64,000 bases of DNA from Candidatus Heimdallarchaeum aukensis (lineage in GTDB: Archaea > Asgardarchaeota > Heimdallarchaeia > Heimdallarchaeales > Heimdallarchaeaceae): contig CP084166.1 in the NCBI GenBank assembly GCA_021513695.1, forward strand, positions 1,056,001-1,120,000, in the 5' to 3' direction. How positions within the stretch are numbered: position 1 is the stretch's first letter; each line of letters begins with the position of its first letter. A program made the position numbers and the translations under genes. The notes under the pieces are model-generated. The model was given only the letters and a program-made list of their open reading frames with translations. It did no database searches and was not told where the DNA came from. Shown piece by piece: positions 9,247 to 18,933 of this stretch.

Positions 9247-12200
9247 TCAAAATCTTTTTCTAGTTCTAATTTTAATCCAGCAAGAAAAAACCATAACAAT
9301 AAGGATTGTAATAAATGGGAATGGAAGAATAATAGTATTCTTATTGTTAGTATCATCTCCTGCTGAAGAAGTGGAATCAGTTTGAGAACTACTCTGTAAA
9401 TAGATTACGAATTGACTGGTTGAAGCGATGTTCTCATGAATATCTGAAGCTTCAATGTAGAAAGTCACCTTTTTTTCTTTAATAAATGGTCCTACTTGCA
9501 CGTAATAGACCCCATCTGAAGGTGTCATTAGAACAGACGTTTCTACTGTAGAATCACCTATTGTATAATATAATTTTATATATTTTAATTGACTTTCATC
9601 TGTTACTTTAGCAGATATTTCAATAACAGTTTGATCAGTAGGTTCTGAAGGAGTGTATTGAACGTCTGTTATCGTTGGAGGAATATCATCATAAATAAAA
9701 ATAGAAATTGAAATTTCGTAGAGTTCACTTCCTATAAAGTTTCCAAAAATGTCGACAGCTATGATGTAGAAACTAACTAAACTATTAGCTTCAAAAGGAC
9801 CTAAAGTACAATTATAGGTGTCATCACCAATGTAAGTCATTGTGGGAGAAAACCATTCACCATTGCTTTCGTATACCAACATAACGAACTGTACATCAGA
9901 TTCATAGTCGACAACATTGGCATATATATCTATAGTGTCTAATTCAGTTGGATTTTCAGGAGAATATTGAATATTTAAAATAGCTGGCGCTATATTGTCA
10001 ATTATTGTACCATTGTTTCTTACTGTATCAATGGCAGTTTCAACAGGTAACCATAGTTTTTCATATGTTGTAGTATAAAATAATAAATAATATTCAATAG
10101 TTTCATTAGCTGTTAAAACTAAAGATAATGAGTTATTTCCATAATTGTCTTTATCACCTAAAACACTCATTACATTTCCATAATGTTCATCAGTCCAACC
10201 ATCACCGTGGTAACTATAGTTGGCGAACATAGCAAATCCTTGTTTGTGATAGTCATCAAACATTGTTACATACATCATATTATTGTACGGAGAAACCTCA
10301 CTTGGTAAAATCAAATCCCCACTGTCAAACGGAAAAGAAAGAGCATCAAGAGCTCCAGAATAATAGTAATAGTCATTTGCTTGGTCTCCACCAGTTGTTA
10401 ACTGCAAACGAGTTTCAAGATTGTAAACGTCAGAATAATTGTTAGGGTTGTAAATATAACCACTAACTTTTATTAAGCCAGAGTTCCTTTGGACAGACAT
10501 GTTCATGTCTAAATAAACAACTTCATTTTTTGAAGAATAGATCATCTTTTGTTCCAAAGAAATATTAGCTCTGTATCCATCATTATAAACAATATCCATT
10601 CTTGTAAATTCATAGGGTTCATAACTCTCAGATTGTTTAGTTTGAATAAAATGAGAAAGAACATCAGTGCCAAGAGATACAACCTCAGACTCTGTTCCTG
10701 TTTTCAAGACAAAAGATGTATCGTTTGTTACACACCATTCGTAATAATCGGTGTTAATCCATAACTTGTTGAAATCGTCAATATAGACAAAATCTGAGCC
10801 TGGAGGAATGATGGGTGCTTTATAGATCATAGAATAATACATAGTGCTTGAAACGGCATCAAGACTGTTATCGTTGATAAGATTACCTAAAACAACTACA
10901 CTTCCATTATACAGAAAATGTAAAATATCTCCATTTGCCTTACCAACATCTATAATATCTCTATGACCGTCATTGTCAAAATCAACAAAAGAATCAGCTT
11001 GGTAATTATTATTACTAAGATAATAATATGGAAGACGTGAAACAGGCCTATCAGACTGCCACAACTTGTTTCCAGTACTTGTATCTATAAGTGCAAATCC
11101 TTCTTGATTGGTTGCAATATTTGTCAATATCTCATAATTTCCGTCATTATTATAATCAAATACAGCATCAGCAAAAAATAGCGAGTTGCCTGGAATGTTA
11201 ATAGCTGGAACTACATCTGCTCCAGTATTAACGTCAAGTAGATGAATGTACTCCGATGTACCACCATATGAACCAGTACCTATTGCAATTAACCCCTTGC
11301 TTAATAACTCATCAGTAACCAAATAGTTGCCATCAGCACTACCTTCTAGAGAAACAGACCAGATTTCTGTAAGATCAGTATCATACAATCTCCAATAAGA
11401 AGAACCCCAACCACCTATTAGCCACTCTGGCAGTCCATCACTGTCAAAATCATAAATGTAAGGCTTGCTTAATCCCCACGTACTGACATTAAAATCAACA
11501 AGTGTGGTTGGTATAAAATCCTTAAAATTTACCATCCTAAAATAAGTATTTGAATCATCCGGCCAACCGTAGAACATTATGTCTCTTACACCATCATTAT
11601 CATAGTCATATAAAATAGGAAAGTTTCCTAACTTTGGATATCCTCCATCGTAGTTAACTAAAATATCTCCATTAGTAGAATCAAAAATTAATAGTTGAAC
11701 AGGAGTAGGAGAAGTGTCATCATTAAATTGCTTGCCAAAAATTAATTCTTGAATACCGTCACCATTAAAGTCTTCAAATTCATAGAATCTGTAATAGTCA
11801 CTAGAACCTAAAATAAGTGTTTGTGACCAAACAATCTCTCCAGTATTTTCGTCAAGTCTATAAAATGTATAGTTAAAGTTATCCTCATATGCTTCAATAA
11901 ACCAAGTATAGATTTCTAAAACTCCGTCATTATCAGCGTCTTCAACTGCTCCAGGATTCATGTGGTCTTTTAACCACTGTAAAACCCATTTTCCATCTAT
12001 GTAACTAAATTTACCCATTTTTCTTGTACCTGTACTGTCCTCAAACTCAACTAAAATACTTGTAGTTTCATCTGACTGAAAGGTATCATAAGTTAAAGGG
12101 TTATCTTGAATTTGACTTATTTGAGAGCTAATATTGTTTTTATCTAGAAAAACAGAAGTATTAGTTATTTGGTTCCAGTCTTGACGGATCAAAAATGCAG

Positions 12201-12261
12201 ATAATAACAATAGAAGTAATATTAGAATTGTTTTTCTTTTTAATAACCTAAAGCCTGACAA
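9247..12261 (-). CDS. Large cell-surface protein with FG-GAP/VCBS-type beta-propeller repeats and C-terminal TM anchor
   Basis: N-terminal signal/TM (LILLLLLLSAFLI). At least six D-x-D/N-x-D-G-x-x-[DE] repeats (DNDGVLE, DFNGDGIQE, DYDNDGVRD, DFDSDGLPE, DYNNDGNYE, DFDNDGHRD). C-terminal hydrophobic anchor followed by the basic tail RTRKRF. Confidence 0.7.
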   Translation of the reverse strand: MSGFRLLKRKTILILLLLLLSAFLIRQDWNQITNTSVFLDKNNISSQISQIQDNPLTYDTFQSDETTSILVEFEDSTGTRKMGKFSYIDGKWVLQWLKDHMNPGAVEDADNDGVLEIYTWFIEAYEDNFNYTFYRLDENTGEIVWSQTLILGSSDYYRFYEFEDFNGDGIQELIFGKQFNDDTSPTPVQLLIFDSTNGDILVNYDGGYPKLGNFPILYDYDNDGVRDIMFYGWPDDSNTYFRMVNFKDFIPTTLVDFNVSTWGLSKPYIYDFDSDGLPEWLIGGWGSSYWRLYDTDLTEIWSVSLEGSADGNYLVTDELLSKGLIAIGTGSYGGTSEYIHLLDVNTGADVVPAINIPGNSLFFADAVFDYNNDGNYEILTNIATNQEGFALIDTSTGNKLWQSDRPVSRLPYYYLSNNNYQADSFVDFDNDGHRDIIDVGKANGDILHFLYNGSVVVLGNLINDNSLDAVSSTMYYSMIYKAPIIPPGSDFVYIDDFNKLWINTDYYEWCVTNDTSFVLKTGTESEVVSLGTDVLSHFIQTKQSESYEPYEFTRMDIVYNDGYRANISLEQKMIYSSKNEVVYLDMNMSVQRNSGLIKVSGYIYNPNNYSDVYNLETRLQLTTGGDQANDYYYYSGALDALSFPFDSGDLILPSEVSPYNNMMYVTMFDDYHKQGFAMFANYSYHGDGWTDEHYGNVMSVLGDKDNYGNNSLSLVLTANETIEYYLLFYTTTYEKLWLPVETAIDTVRNNGTIIDNIAPAILNIQYSPENPTELDTIDIYANVVDYESDVQFVMLVYESNGEWFSPTMTYIGDDTYNCTLGPFEANSLVSFYIIAVDIFGNFIGSELYEISISIFIYDDIPPTITDVQYTPSEPTDQTVIEISAKVTDESQLKYIKLYYTIGDSTVETSVLMTPSDGVYYVQVGPFIKEKKVTFYIEASDIHENIASTSQFVIYLQSSSQTDSTSSAGDDTNNKNTIILPFPFITILIVMVFSCWIKIRTRKRF

Positions 12262-12333
12262 TAATTTTACCCACTTAATAATTTGCTAAATATACCCTAT
12301 AAAATATTAAAGGATTTTGGGACTCTCAGAACA

Positions 12334-13102
12334 GGTAGTGTCTAGTTTTTATACCGCCTCCTAGGCAAAAAGGAACTAAGGGGTGGATGTCCCAAGCTCT
12401 GATGAGGACGAACGAAATTATAATGGAGCATAAAGAGAATAAGGAAACCAGAAAGATGAGTAGAGCCATAGACGGCACGGATAGGACAAGTGCAGTGGAG
12501 AATAGAATGAAACCAACGATAACTCTTAAGGGTAGCATTAAAACGTTCAATATAGGAGCGTAAACCACCTTTGATAACAGAGATTTTGATACCGAGACGA
12601 AGTAAAACAGGATACCATACCCCTACATCTGTAACGACAATACGAGGATTAAAACCCTATACCAGCATTTGAACCAATAACGGAAAGTTAGTAAACATTC
12701 AAGATTACTCCGTCCTTTAGTAATACTAAAACCCAGTAAAGTCTTGTTGTAAGGATCTAACGCGAACCACATATACATTGAGCCTTGAGAGGTCCTAATC
12801 TCTGTTTCATCTACTACTATAATCTCTGGTATTCTCCCTCTCTCTGCTACAATTCTATGTAAACTTTCCCTAAAGAGCCTGAACTTCTTTACCCAATACC
12901 ATAATGTTTGATGCGTTAAACCATTCTTCCATGCTACTGTCCTCAAACCATTCTTTGAACCAATATATTCATAAATCGCTTTTATTATTATCTTTTTGGG
13001 GACTCTGCATCTCTTAAAAAGAGTAGATAGTTTTTGAATGTTCATATCTTACTATTAGAGTCCCCACAAATATTTTTGTCGGAAGAAAACTAGACACTAC
13101 CC
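12334..13102 (-). mobile_element. IS6-family insertion sequence (~769 bp) with 16-17 bp terminal inverted repeats
   Basis: GGTAGTGTCTAGTTTT at 12334-12349 matches the reverse complement of 13086-13101 (AAAACTAGACACTACC). Length and the internal transposase are typical of IS6. No flanking direct repeat found. Confidence 0.7.
12342..13045 (-). pseudogene. IS6-family DDE transposase, interrupted by a frameshift near 12623-12660
   Basis: N-terminal frame ...IIVVDETEIRTSQGSMYMWFALDPYNKTLLGF matches the IS6 DET[YE][IV][KR]...W[ML][YW]xA[IV]D block. The C-terminal remainder (GFNPRIVVTDVGVWYPVLLRLGIKISVIKGGLRSYIERFNATLKSYRWF...) continues in a different frame. Confidence 0.7.
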
Positions 13103-13126
13103 TGCTTTCTTATTAAAAATATTTAA

Positions 13127-13330
13127 ATATCAATAAAATTTCAAAAATTCCATCGTATCCTTACAATAGAGGAAAGAGGAACATCTTCTAACTGTGCTCG
13201 TTGTGGAAAAGAAGTTTCTCGACCTGTTAAAGGTTTAGTTCATTTCTCCTCTTGCAACTAAACCTTCCACTCTGATTTAACAGGAGCAATGAATATCACT
13301 GGCAAGTTCATTGTTTCTCTTTTCAGTCCC
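13127..13330 (+). pseudogene. Remnant of the C-terminal end of an IS200/IS605-family TnpB (zinc-finger and RuvC-III region), truncated upstream by the IS6 element
   Basis: Manual translation gives ...HRILTIEERGTSSNCARCGKEVSRPVKGLVHFSSCN*. After a frame change it continues ...FHSDLTGAMNITGKF, resembling the TnpB C-terminus CxxCG...F.C..CG...[HD]ADxNAAxNI. Confidence 0.5.
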
Positions 13331-13737
13331 CGTGGGACAACTATCACTGATTACCTCACTGGTCAGAAATTCAGTTCTACTCATCTCACTGTTTTCCGAG
13401 GGCTCAGTCATTGGTTACAGTCCCAGTAGACAAAAAAGAAATTAATTCTATCCTTTTATATTTGAGGGTTAGTTCTTTCTTTTTTGTCTCTCGTGGAGTG
13501 AAGGAAAAAAGAAAAAAGATTTATACTTTTTTTCTTCCTTCTTTATGATTCCCACGATTCGTGTATGATGTCTGTATCAATCCCTCATTCTTTCATTGTA
13601 TGTTTAGGTTGAGTTTTCAAGCGATTAAACTTTTATTAGTTTTCTCTCTTGAAAGACCGAGTGCGAAAAACTTACGTAAAAAAGTAAATCATAAAGTTTA
13701 TTAAAACCGTATTTATTTCTCACTTATTGGGGTTTGT

Positions 13738-14835
13738 ATGGATTACTATCAAATTGCTAAATTAGCAGAGGGTTCGATACTATTACTTATAGCTGTTATA
13801 ACTCTTATTATTGGAAGGAGAAACAGTAGTATTTTTTACGTAAACTGGTTTTTTTTTACCCTTACTTTTAGTGCTTATCAATTCACCTTATACTTTGAAT
13901 ATTCCTACCAGACCCTGACATTGTATCAAATGGTTCAAACAACAAGAGCTTTTTTTATCACGATATTACTTGGAGCAACATTACAGCAATCACGTATTTT
14001 TCAAAGAAAATCTACCTTTTTCTTCATGGCATCGGTAACCATCTTTATGTTATACATTATCTGGGTTCCTTTAGCAATAAAAGAAACTGTAGAAACTTTT
14101 AGAGATGTCCAAGTAGTACTATTTCATACTATTAGAACAGATATTTTTGGACTTATTTTTGGTCTTCTAATTATTCTATCAGCTACTTTTTTGCTACCGA
14201 TTATTGTTAGAAATATAAAAATTATAAGAAGTTCAAAATTTTCAAATAAGCTAGTTACGAATATAATTATGACTTTAATAGTTATTATTTGTCTATTTGC
14301 TTTGGGAGGAGTTACTATTGCAAGAAGAGCACAAATGCTATATGATGTTAAAGAATACAAAATTGCTGAGATTTTTGTAGAATTAATAAGTGTGTCTTTC
14401 ACTTCGATTTACTTGAGTCAAAGCCAGAGTCATGGTATTCAAGCAGTATTAATAGTAGACAGAGAGGGTAATCCAATCTTAGGCTATTCTCCTCTAAAAA
14501 GAGAAAAAATCTCTTTTGAAGAGAAAATAATAGCTGCTTCAGGTTTTCTCTCATCATTATTTATGTTTGTTAAAAATTATGTTGCATCATCGAAAAATGA
14601 AGAATTCAAAGAATTAAAAACAACAAACTCTTCATTGCTATTCTACAGTGGAGAGAAATTCTTTTTGATTGTCCAATCCTACCTTACAAGTTCACAATTA
14701 GATATAGTTTCTGAAAGAGTTCTACGAGAAATAGATTTCTATTTATCCTCTCTTCCTCTAAATGAGATGCCTGATGAAAAACAGAGAAGTGATCTCTTCT
14801 TTTTATTAGACAAGAACTTTTATCTTCTCGCGTGA
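13738..14835 (+). CDS. Membrane protein (about 5 N-terminal TM helices) with C-terminal Roadblock/LC7-like domain
   Basis: C-terminal segment GIQAVLIVDREGNPILGYSP...IIAASGFLSSLFMF...LLFYSGEKFFLIVQS follows the Roadblock/MglB beta-alpha-beta pattern. Confidence 0.4.
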   Translation: MDYYQIAKLAEGSILLLIAVITLIIGRRNSSIFYVNWFFFTLTFSAYQFTLYFEYSYQTLTLYQMVQTTRAFFITILLGATLQQSRIFQRKSTFFFMASVTIFMLYIIWVPLAIKETVETFRDVQVVLFHTIRTDIFGLIFGLLIILSATFLLPIIVRNIKIIRSSKFSNKLVTNIIMTLIVIICLFALGGVTIARRAQMLYDVKEYKIAEIFVELISVSFTSIYLSQSQSHGIQAVLIVDREGNPILGYSPLKREKISFEEKIIAASGFLSSLFMFVKNYVASSKNEEFKELKTTNSSLLFYSGEKFFLIVQSYLTSSQLDIVSERVLREIDFYLSSLPLNEMPDEKQRSDLFFLLDKNFYLLA

Positions 14836-14866
14836 AAGATAATCTCTTTTAATTAAGCTAATAATA

Positions 14867-15565
14867 TTATTTTTTGGTTAAAGTGATTTCTTCTTCATAC
14901 ATATAAGGGTACGCTCTAAAGGTGATATTTAGTTTAATCGCAGCGAAAAAAATGAAGAACAAAGAGATTATTGCAAAGCTTCCAGCGATTATGTCTAGGG
15001 TTGTAAAGTATGAAAAGTAGAATAGAATGTAACGAATTAAAATAATAAGAAATGTAAGGGCTTGTAGTAAAAAGCCTATACTCATAAAGTAATCTGGTTT
15101 TTTAATTACTTTTTCTTCTTCAAATTTAAGAGCTAAATCTTGTTTTAGGTAAAAGAACTCTGTTGCACAAGCTAAATTTCCAATTATCATAAATAATAGT
15201 CCTAATATTTCTAAAATGTCTGATTTCCCTAGCTCTTGAATCGTAAATAATAGAAGAGATACAAATATTGACGAGCTTCCGATTATAGCAAACTTCCAGC
15301 TTTTTCTTCCATATTTCCATTTTGTTTCTTTATCTAAAGTAAATTCTTTTGAAGCGTAACCTATACCCAAAATTCCGGTTATGACAACAAAGTAAAGAAA
15401 GTTTATCCCATTAAAACCTTGATAGGGAACAGTCAACATAGCTTTATTTAATAGAATCAAAAAAAGATAGAAAAAACCGAGAAGAAATCCTCCACTTTTT
15501 ATTAAATTAGCACTCTGATATTTATTCATTTCATTCTTCTCCTTCATAATCATCTGTTTCATCAA
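14867..15565 (-). CDS. Polytopic membrane protein, paralogue of the upstream gene
   Basis: About 6 TM helices. Shares a block with the adjacent gene (KSWKFAIIGSSSIFVSLLLF versus SSWKFVSISLTSASILDLF). Start probably an internal Met. Confidence 0.45.
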   Translation of the reverse strand: MMKQMIMKEKNEMNKYQSANLIKSGGFLLGFFYLFLILLNKAMLTVPYQGFNGINFLYFVVITGILGIGYASKEFTLDKETKWKYGRKSWKFAIIGSSSIFVSLLLFTIQELGKSDILEILGLLFMIIGNLACATEFFYLKQDLALKFEEEKVIKKPDYFMSIGFLLQALTFLIILIRYILFYFSYFTTLDIIAGSFAIISLFFIFFAAIKLNITFRAYPYMYEEEITLTKK

Positions 15566-16211
15566 GATCTTCTTCTTTCTTTTTCACTATTGATTGGAAA
15601 AAGTAAACAAGATTCAAGAAACCAAGAATAATAATAAAGTTCGAGACAAACAGAATATATGATGCAACATCTATTAACCAATCTGGTCGAGAAACAAGGT
15701 CACTTATGAGAAATTCATTAGTCCAAAGAAAAACATAGCCTATAGAGGTTAAACCATATCCATAAACTAGGAACAATCTAGGGGTTACTTGGGAGAGATC
15801 ATCTGAATATATCTTCTTTTGTAGTTTAAACAGCTTGAGAAAACTTATTATTATAAGCAAATAATAAATTAACCCTGTAATTAATCTGTAAATTTGAAAG
15901 CCCACAGAAATCCAAACTGCTTTTTCATTATAAATAAGGTATAGGGTAATGTTAAATAGATCAAGAATAGAAGCGCTAGTTAGAGAGATACTTACAAATT
16001 TCCAAGAAGAAAAATTACTTTTCAGCATTTTTCCAAATCTATAGAAACCTAAAGCTAAAAAGATAATAGATAAATCAAAAGCTATTCCGATATAAGTTGC
16101 TGCAGAAGCAAAATAAAGGAATATAGAAAAAACATACAATAAGAGACTTGCTATTCCTGATATTAGCAAATAATTCTGAATTTCTTTTGTAAAATTATTA
16201 ATCAACATCAT
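15531..16211 (-). CDS. Polytopic membrane protein with acidic C-terminal tail
   Basis: About 6 TM helices and a C-terminal EEDLDETDDYEGEE tail. Overlaps its neighbours by 14-35 bp, which looks like an operon. Confidence 0.45.
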   Translation of the reverse strand: MMLINNFTKEIQNYLLISGIASLLLYVFSIFLYFASAATYIGIAFDLSIIFLALGFYRFGKMLKSNFSSWKFVSISLTSASILDLFNITLYLIYNEKAVWISVGFQIYRLITGLIYYLLIIISFLKLFKLQKKIYSDDLSQVTPRLFLVYGYGLTSIGYVFLWTNEFLISDLVSRPDWLIDVASYILFVSNFIIILGFLNLVYFFQSIVKKKEEDLDETDDYEGEE

Positions 16212-17130
16212 TCACCCTGTAGGGATTTCTTTCTCCACATTCTTCACAAAATAATGCGTCTGGGTCTAGTTCAACTCCACACTTAATACAAAACATTTTT
16301 TTCTTTACTGCTTTGTCTTGTTGTTCAGTAGTTAATGAAGGAGGATATAGCTTTTTTTCTTCTAAACTCTCCAAGACAAAACTTGGTTCTTCTTTTCTAG
16401 TTAGTAGTTTATTTATAAGTTCAGGAGGAATATTATCTAAAAGGAGGAATATTTTACGTAATTTCCAAATTCCAATTACTATGAAAACTAAATAGGAAAC
16501 TTCAACTATACTTAATACAAAGAATATAGTCTTAAAATCTTGATTTAGAGTACCTACCAAATAATATATCTTTGGAGGAGAGAGAATAAAGAAAGAAATT
16601 GCATTTTCACTTGTAGAATTTATAACATATTTCATTGGTGGAAAAATTACGTTTAGTAAGTTATAAATGAACAACAAAACAAATCCTATAGTAAATGACC
16701 AAGTAAGTTGAATAATATTTCGTTTATTCTTAACATGTTGTTCAGTAATATCTTGAATAATTATGCTACAATATATAAGGAAAGAAGAGTTAACAACATA
16801 AACAATTTGTAAAGCTAACACCATTTTATCAGAAAGAAAATTAAATTTAAAGTCTATATAAGATAATAAAATTAAACTTGAGGAAATGATACCATATATT
16901 GCAAGAAAAACCACTAATTGATTGATGGATACCTTTTTTTCTTCCTTATTAAACAAGAAGAAGCCCACACCAACCCAAATTAATGCTATTTGAGAGAGAA
17001 AATCAGGTAAAACGTGAATGAATATTATTTTATAGGAAACAAATGCTTCAACAAAAGTTTGTAAAATTATTATAGCTACATAAACAAAAGTAGACAAAGT
17101 AATATGCTTTCTTGCATTTAATGTAATCAT
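16198..17130 (-). CDS. Polytopic membrane protein with C-terminal cytoplasmic Cys4 zinc ribbon
   Basis: About 7 TM helices, then the C-terminal FCIKCGVELDPDALFCEECGERNPY (CxxC-x10-CxxC zinc ribbon). Confidence 0.5.
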   Translation of the reverse strand: MITLNARKHITLSTFVYVAIIILQTFVEAFVSYKIIFIHVLPDFLSQIALIWVGVGFFLFNKEEKKVSINQLVVFLAIYGIISSSLILLSYIDFKFNFLSDKMVLALQIVYVVNSSFLIYCSIIIQDITEQHVKNKRNIIQLTWSFTIGFVLLFIYNLLNVIFPPMKYVINSTSENAISFFILSPPKIYYLVGTLNQDFKTIFFVLSIVEVSYLVFIVIGIWKLRKIFLLLDNIPPELINKLLTRKEEPSFVLESLEEKKLYPPSLTTEQQDKAVKKKMFCIKCGVELDPDALFCEECGERNPYRVNDVD

Positions 17131-17212
17131 ATGACGAAAAAATAATTATTATTTTTAAACTTATATAAAAAGAAGAAAAGGAAGAAATAAAAAAGCTTGA
17201 ATTATTTTAGAT

Positions 17213-17758
17213 TTGATGAGATTATCTTCCACTCTATCTCTTATTTCAATGGTAATAGGCTTTCTTAGTGTATTAACTCCTGCTTGTTTTTATCTAGGAT
17301 ATGGTACAAGCCCAGATCAAGTTCTAGCTATGTCTTGGATAGAGTTACATGAAAGTCCAGTTTTGTGGATATATTTAGCTGTTACCTTTATTGTTGGAGC
17401 TCATGATATAGAAATCTTACAAGGGATAGATTTTATTAGAAAGTCCAATATCAAGATTTTACGTACAATTCTTCTAATAATTGGTGTACTAATGGCTTTT
17501 TCATTAGAATTATCAGTTAATGTTTATTATTCCCAAGGACCAACTTTTTGGAAGGAAAGTCTATTCTTTCAGATTCCAGATCATGAATTAATACAAGAGT
17601 TTGCATCAATTGGCTATTTCTTAATTAGAATTTGCAGATTAATTCTGACTATTGCTGTTATCTTAGCTATATTTGATAGATATACACCTACTTATTATCG
17701 TAAACTCGCTCTTGATGCAAGAGAGGAATATACTAAAAGATACTTTGAAAATAAATAG
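17213..17758 (+). CDS. Hypothetical membrane protein
   Basis: 181 aa with about 4 hydrophobic helices. No motif recognised. Confidence 0.35.
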   Translation: MMRLSSTLSLISMVIGFLSVLTPACFYLGYGTSPDQVLAMSWIELHESPVLWIYLAVTFIVGAHDIEILQGIDFIRKSNIKILRTILLIIGVLMAFSLELSVNVYYSQGPTFWKESLFFQIPDHELIQEFASIGYFLIRICRLILTIAVILAIFDRYTPTYYRKLALDAREEYTKRYFENK

Positions 17759-17857
17759 AAGATTATCAAAATTCAAATTGTTTTTTTCTTTTATTGAGTA
17801 CTCGTCTAAATTATAGAGAAGAAATTTAAACTAAAAAAAATAATTGTACATATCACT

Positions 17858-18925
17858 ATGACACCTTCGAAATTCTACTTATCAATGTCCATTCTTGTTC
17901 TAGATGATCTTGGAATAGAATTACGGGTTTCTTCTGACACAAAAATTAAACAGGAAGATATCGTTCTTATCGCCAACTTTTATTCTCCAATTATAGAAGC
18001 ATCAAAATCAGAAATCGGAGTATTTGGTCCTCTACCTGTCCCTAAATATCAAGAAAAGTATAACTTACTTGTTGTTTTATTTGAGCACAATGATTCAAAA
18101 ATAAAAAATAAACGTGCTCTTTCTAAAAGTGGTCTAGCTAGATGCTTAGGGCTGATAATTTATGAAAAAAAATATACAGAAAAAATCAATCTTGCCCACA
18201 GTTCAATCTTTGTAACAATTCAGAATTTTTTTAAAAAAGTAGATGATCTCTCCTCTTTGACTGAAAATCAAGTTGCTGAACTAAGTAATGATATTATTAA
18301 TACAATTCGCGAAAAAGAGAAAAATGTAAAATTGAAAAATATTGATGAATACATTTCAGAACTCTCTAATCGTATAAATATGTTAGAAATGCTCGCGACA
18401 ACCCTACAAAAAAGATACAAAATAGGATTCTTTACAGACGATGAATTCGCTTACAAACTAATTATTTCTGCTATTTTTGCGATTCAAAATATAGATCTGG
18501 TCTTATCTTATTCAGTTTCGGAGTGGATAATTCAAATACAAACATGTAACGGTGAGTATTATATTTCAAGACTTTATGATTTGGAAACTTTAGCTGATAT
18601 TTCAGAAATAAAAGACTTGAATTATGTAATATACCAAGGAAGATGTGATCTAGATAAAAGTCAGATAAAAAGACATTTTCGAAATATCGACAGAATAAAT
18701 AAACAAAATAAAGATACCCAAATAATTTTTACAACAACGAACGAAGCTTCAACCATTCCTATTAATGTTAAAAAAATTCTGCTAGAAGAAGAAAAACAAA
18801 GAGAAAATGTTCTCCTTCTTGTTACAATAGGAGATATATATAGATCTTTGGAAAATACATTATTCAAAATCGTTAATGACCTATTAGAAAAAAGAGAAAT
18901 GCAAATCCAAGAAAATTATGAATAA
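17858..18925 (+). CDS. Hypothetical cytoplasmic protein (N-terminal region weakly Roadblock/longin-like)
   Basis: 355 aa. The N-terminus FYLSMSILVLDDLGIELRVSSD...IVLIANFYSPIIEAS resembles the first beta-alpha-beta of Roadblock folds. The rest is K/E/N-rich helical. Confidence 0.35.
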   Translation: MTPSKFYLSMSILVLDDLGIELRVSSDTKIKQEDIVLIANFYSPIIEASKSEIGVFGPLPVPKYQEKYNLLVVLFEHNDSKIKNKRALSKSGLARCLGLIIYEKKYTEKINLAHSSIFVTIQNFFKKVDDLSSLTENQVAELSNDIINTIREKEKNVKLKNIDEYISELSNRINMLEMLATTLQKRYKIGFFTDDEFAYKLIISAIFAIQNIDLVLSYSVSEWIIQIQTCNGEYYISRLYDLETLADISEIKDLNYVIYQGRCDLDKSQIKRHFRNIDRINKQNKDTQIIFTTTNEASTIPINVKKILLEEEKQRENVLLLVTIGDIYRSLENTLFKIVNDLLEKREMQIQENYE

Positions 18926-18933
18926 TTATTCTG

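Noticed and set aside
12326-12568. 80-aa minus-strand ORF inside the IS6 element
   Set aside because: Hydrophobic nonsense frame. The genuine transposase C-terminus is in a different frame of the same region.
12319-13065. GGGACTCT (12319-12326) versus AGAGTCCCC (13057-13065) as possible IS target-site duplication
   Set aside because: The two are inverted rather than direct and are staggered relative to the true terminal inverted repeats (one outside, one inside the element). Treated as coincidental or part of imperfect extended terminal repeats.
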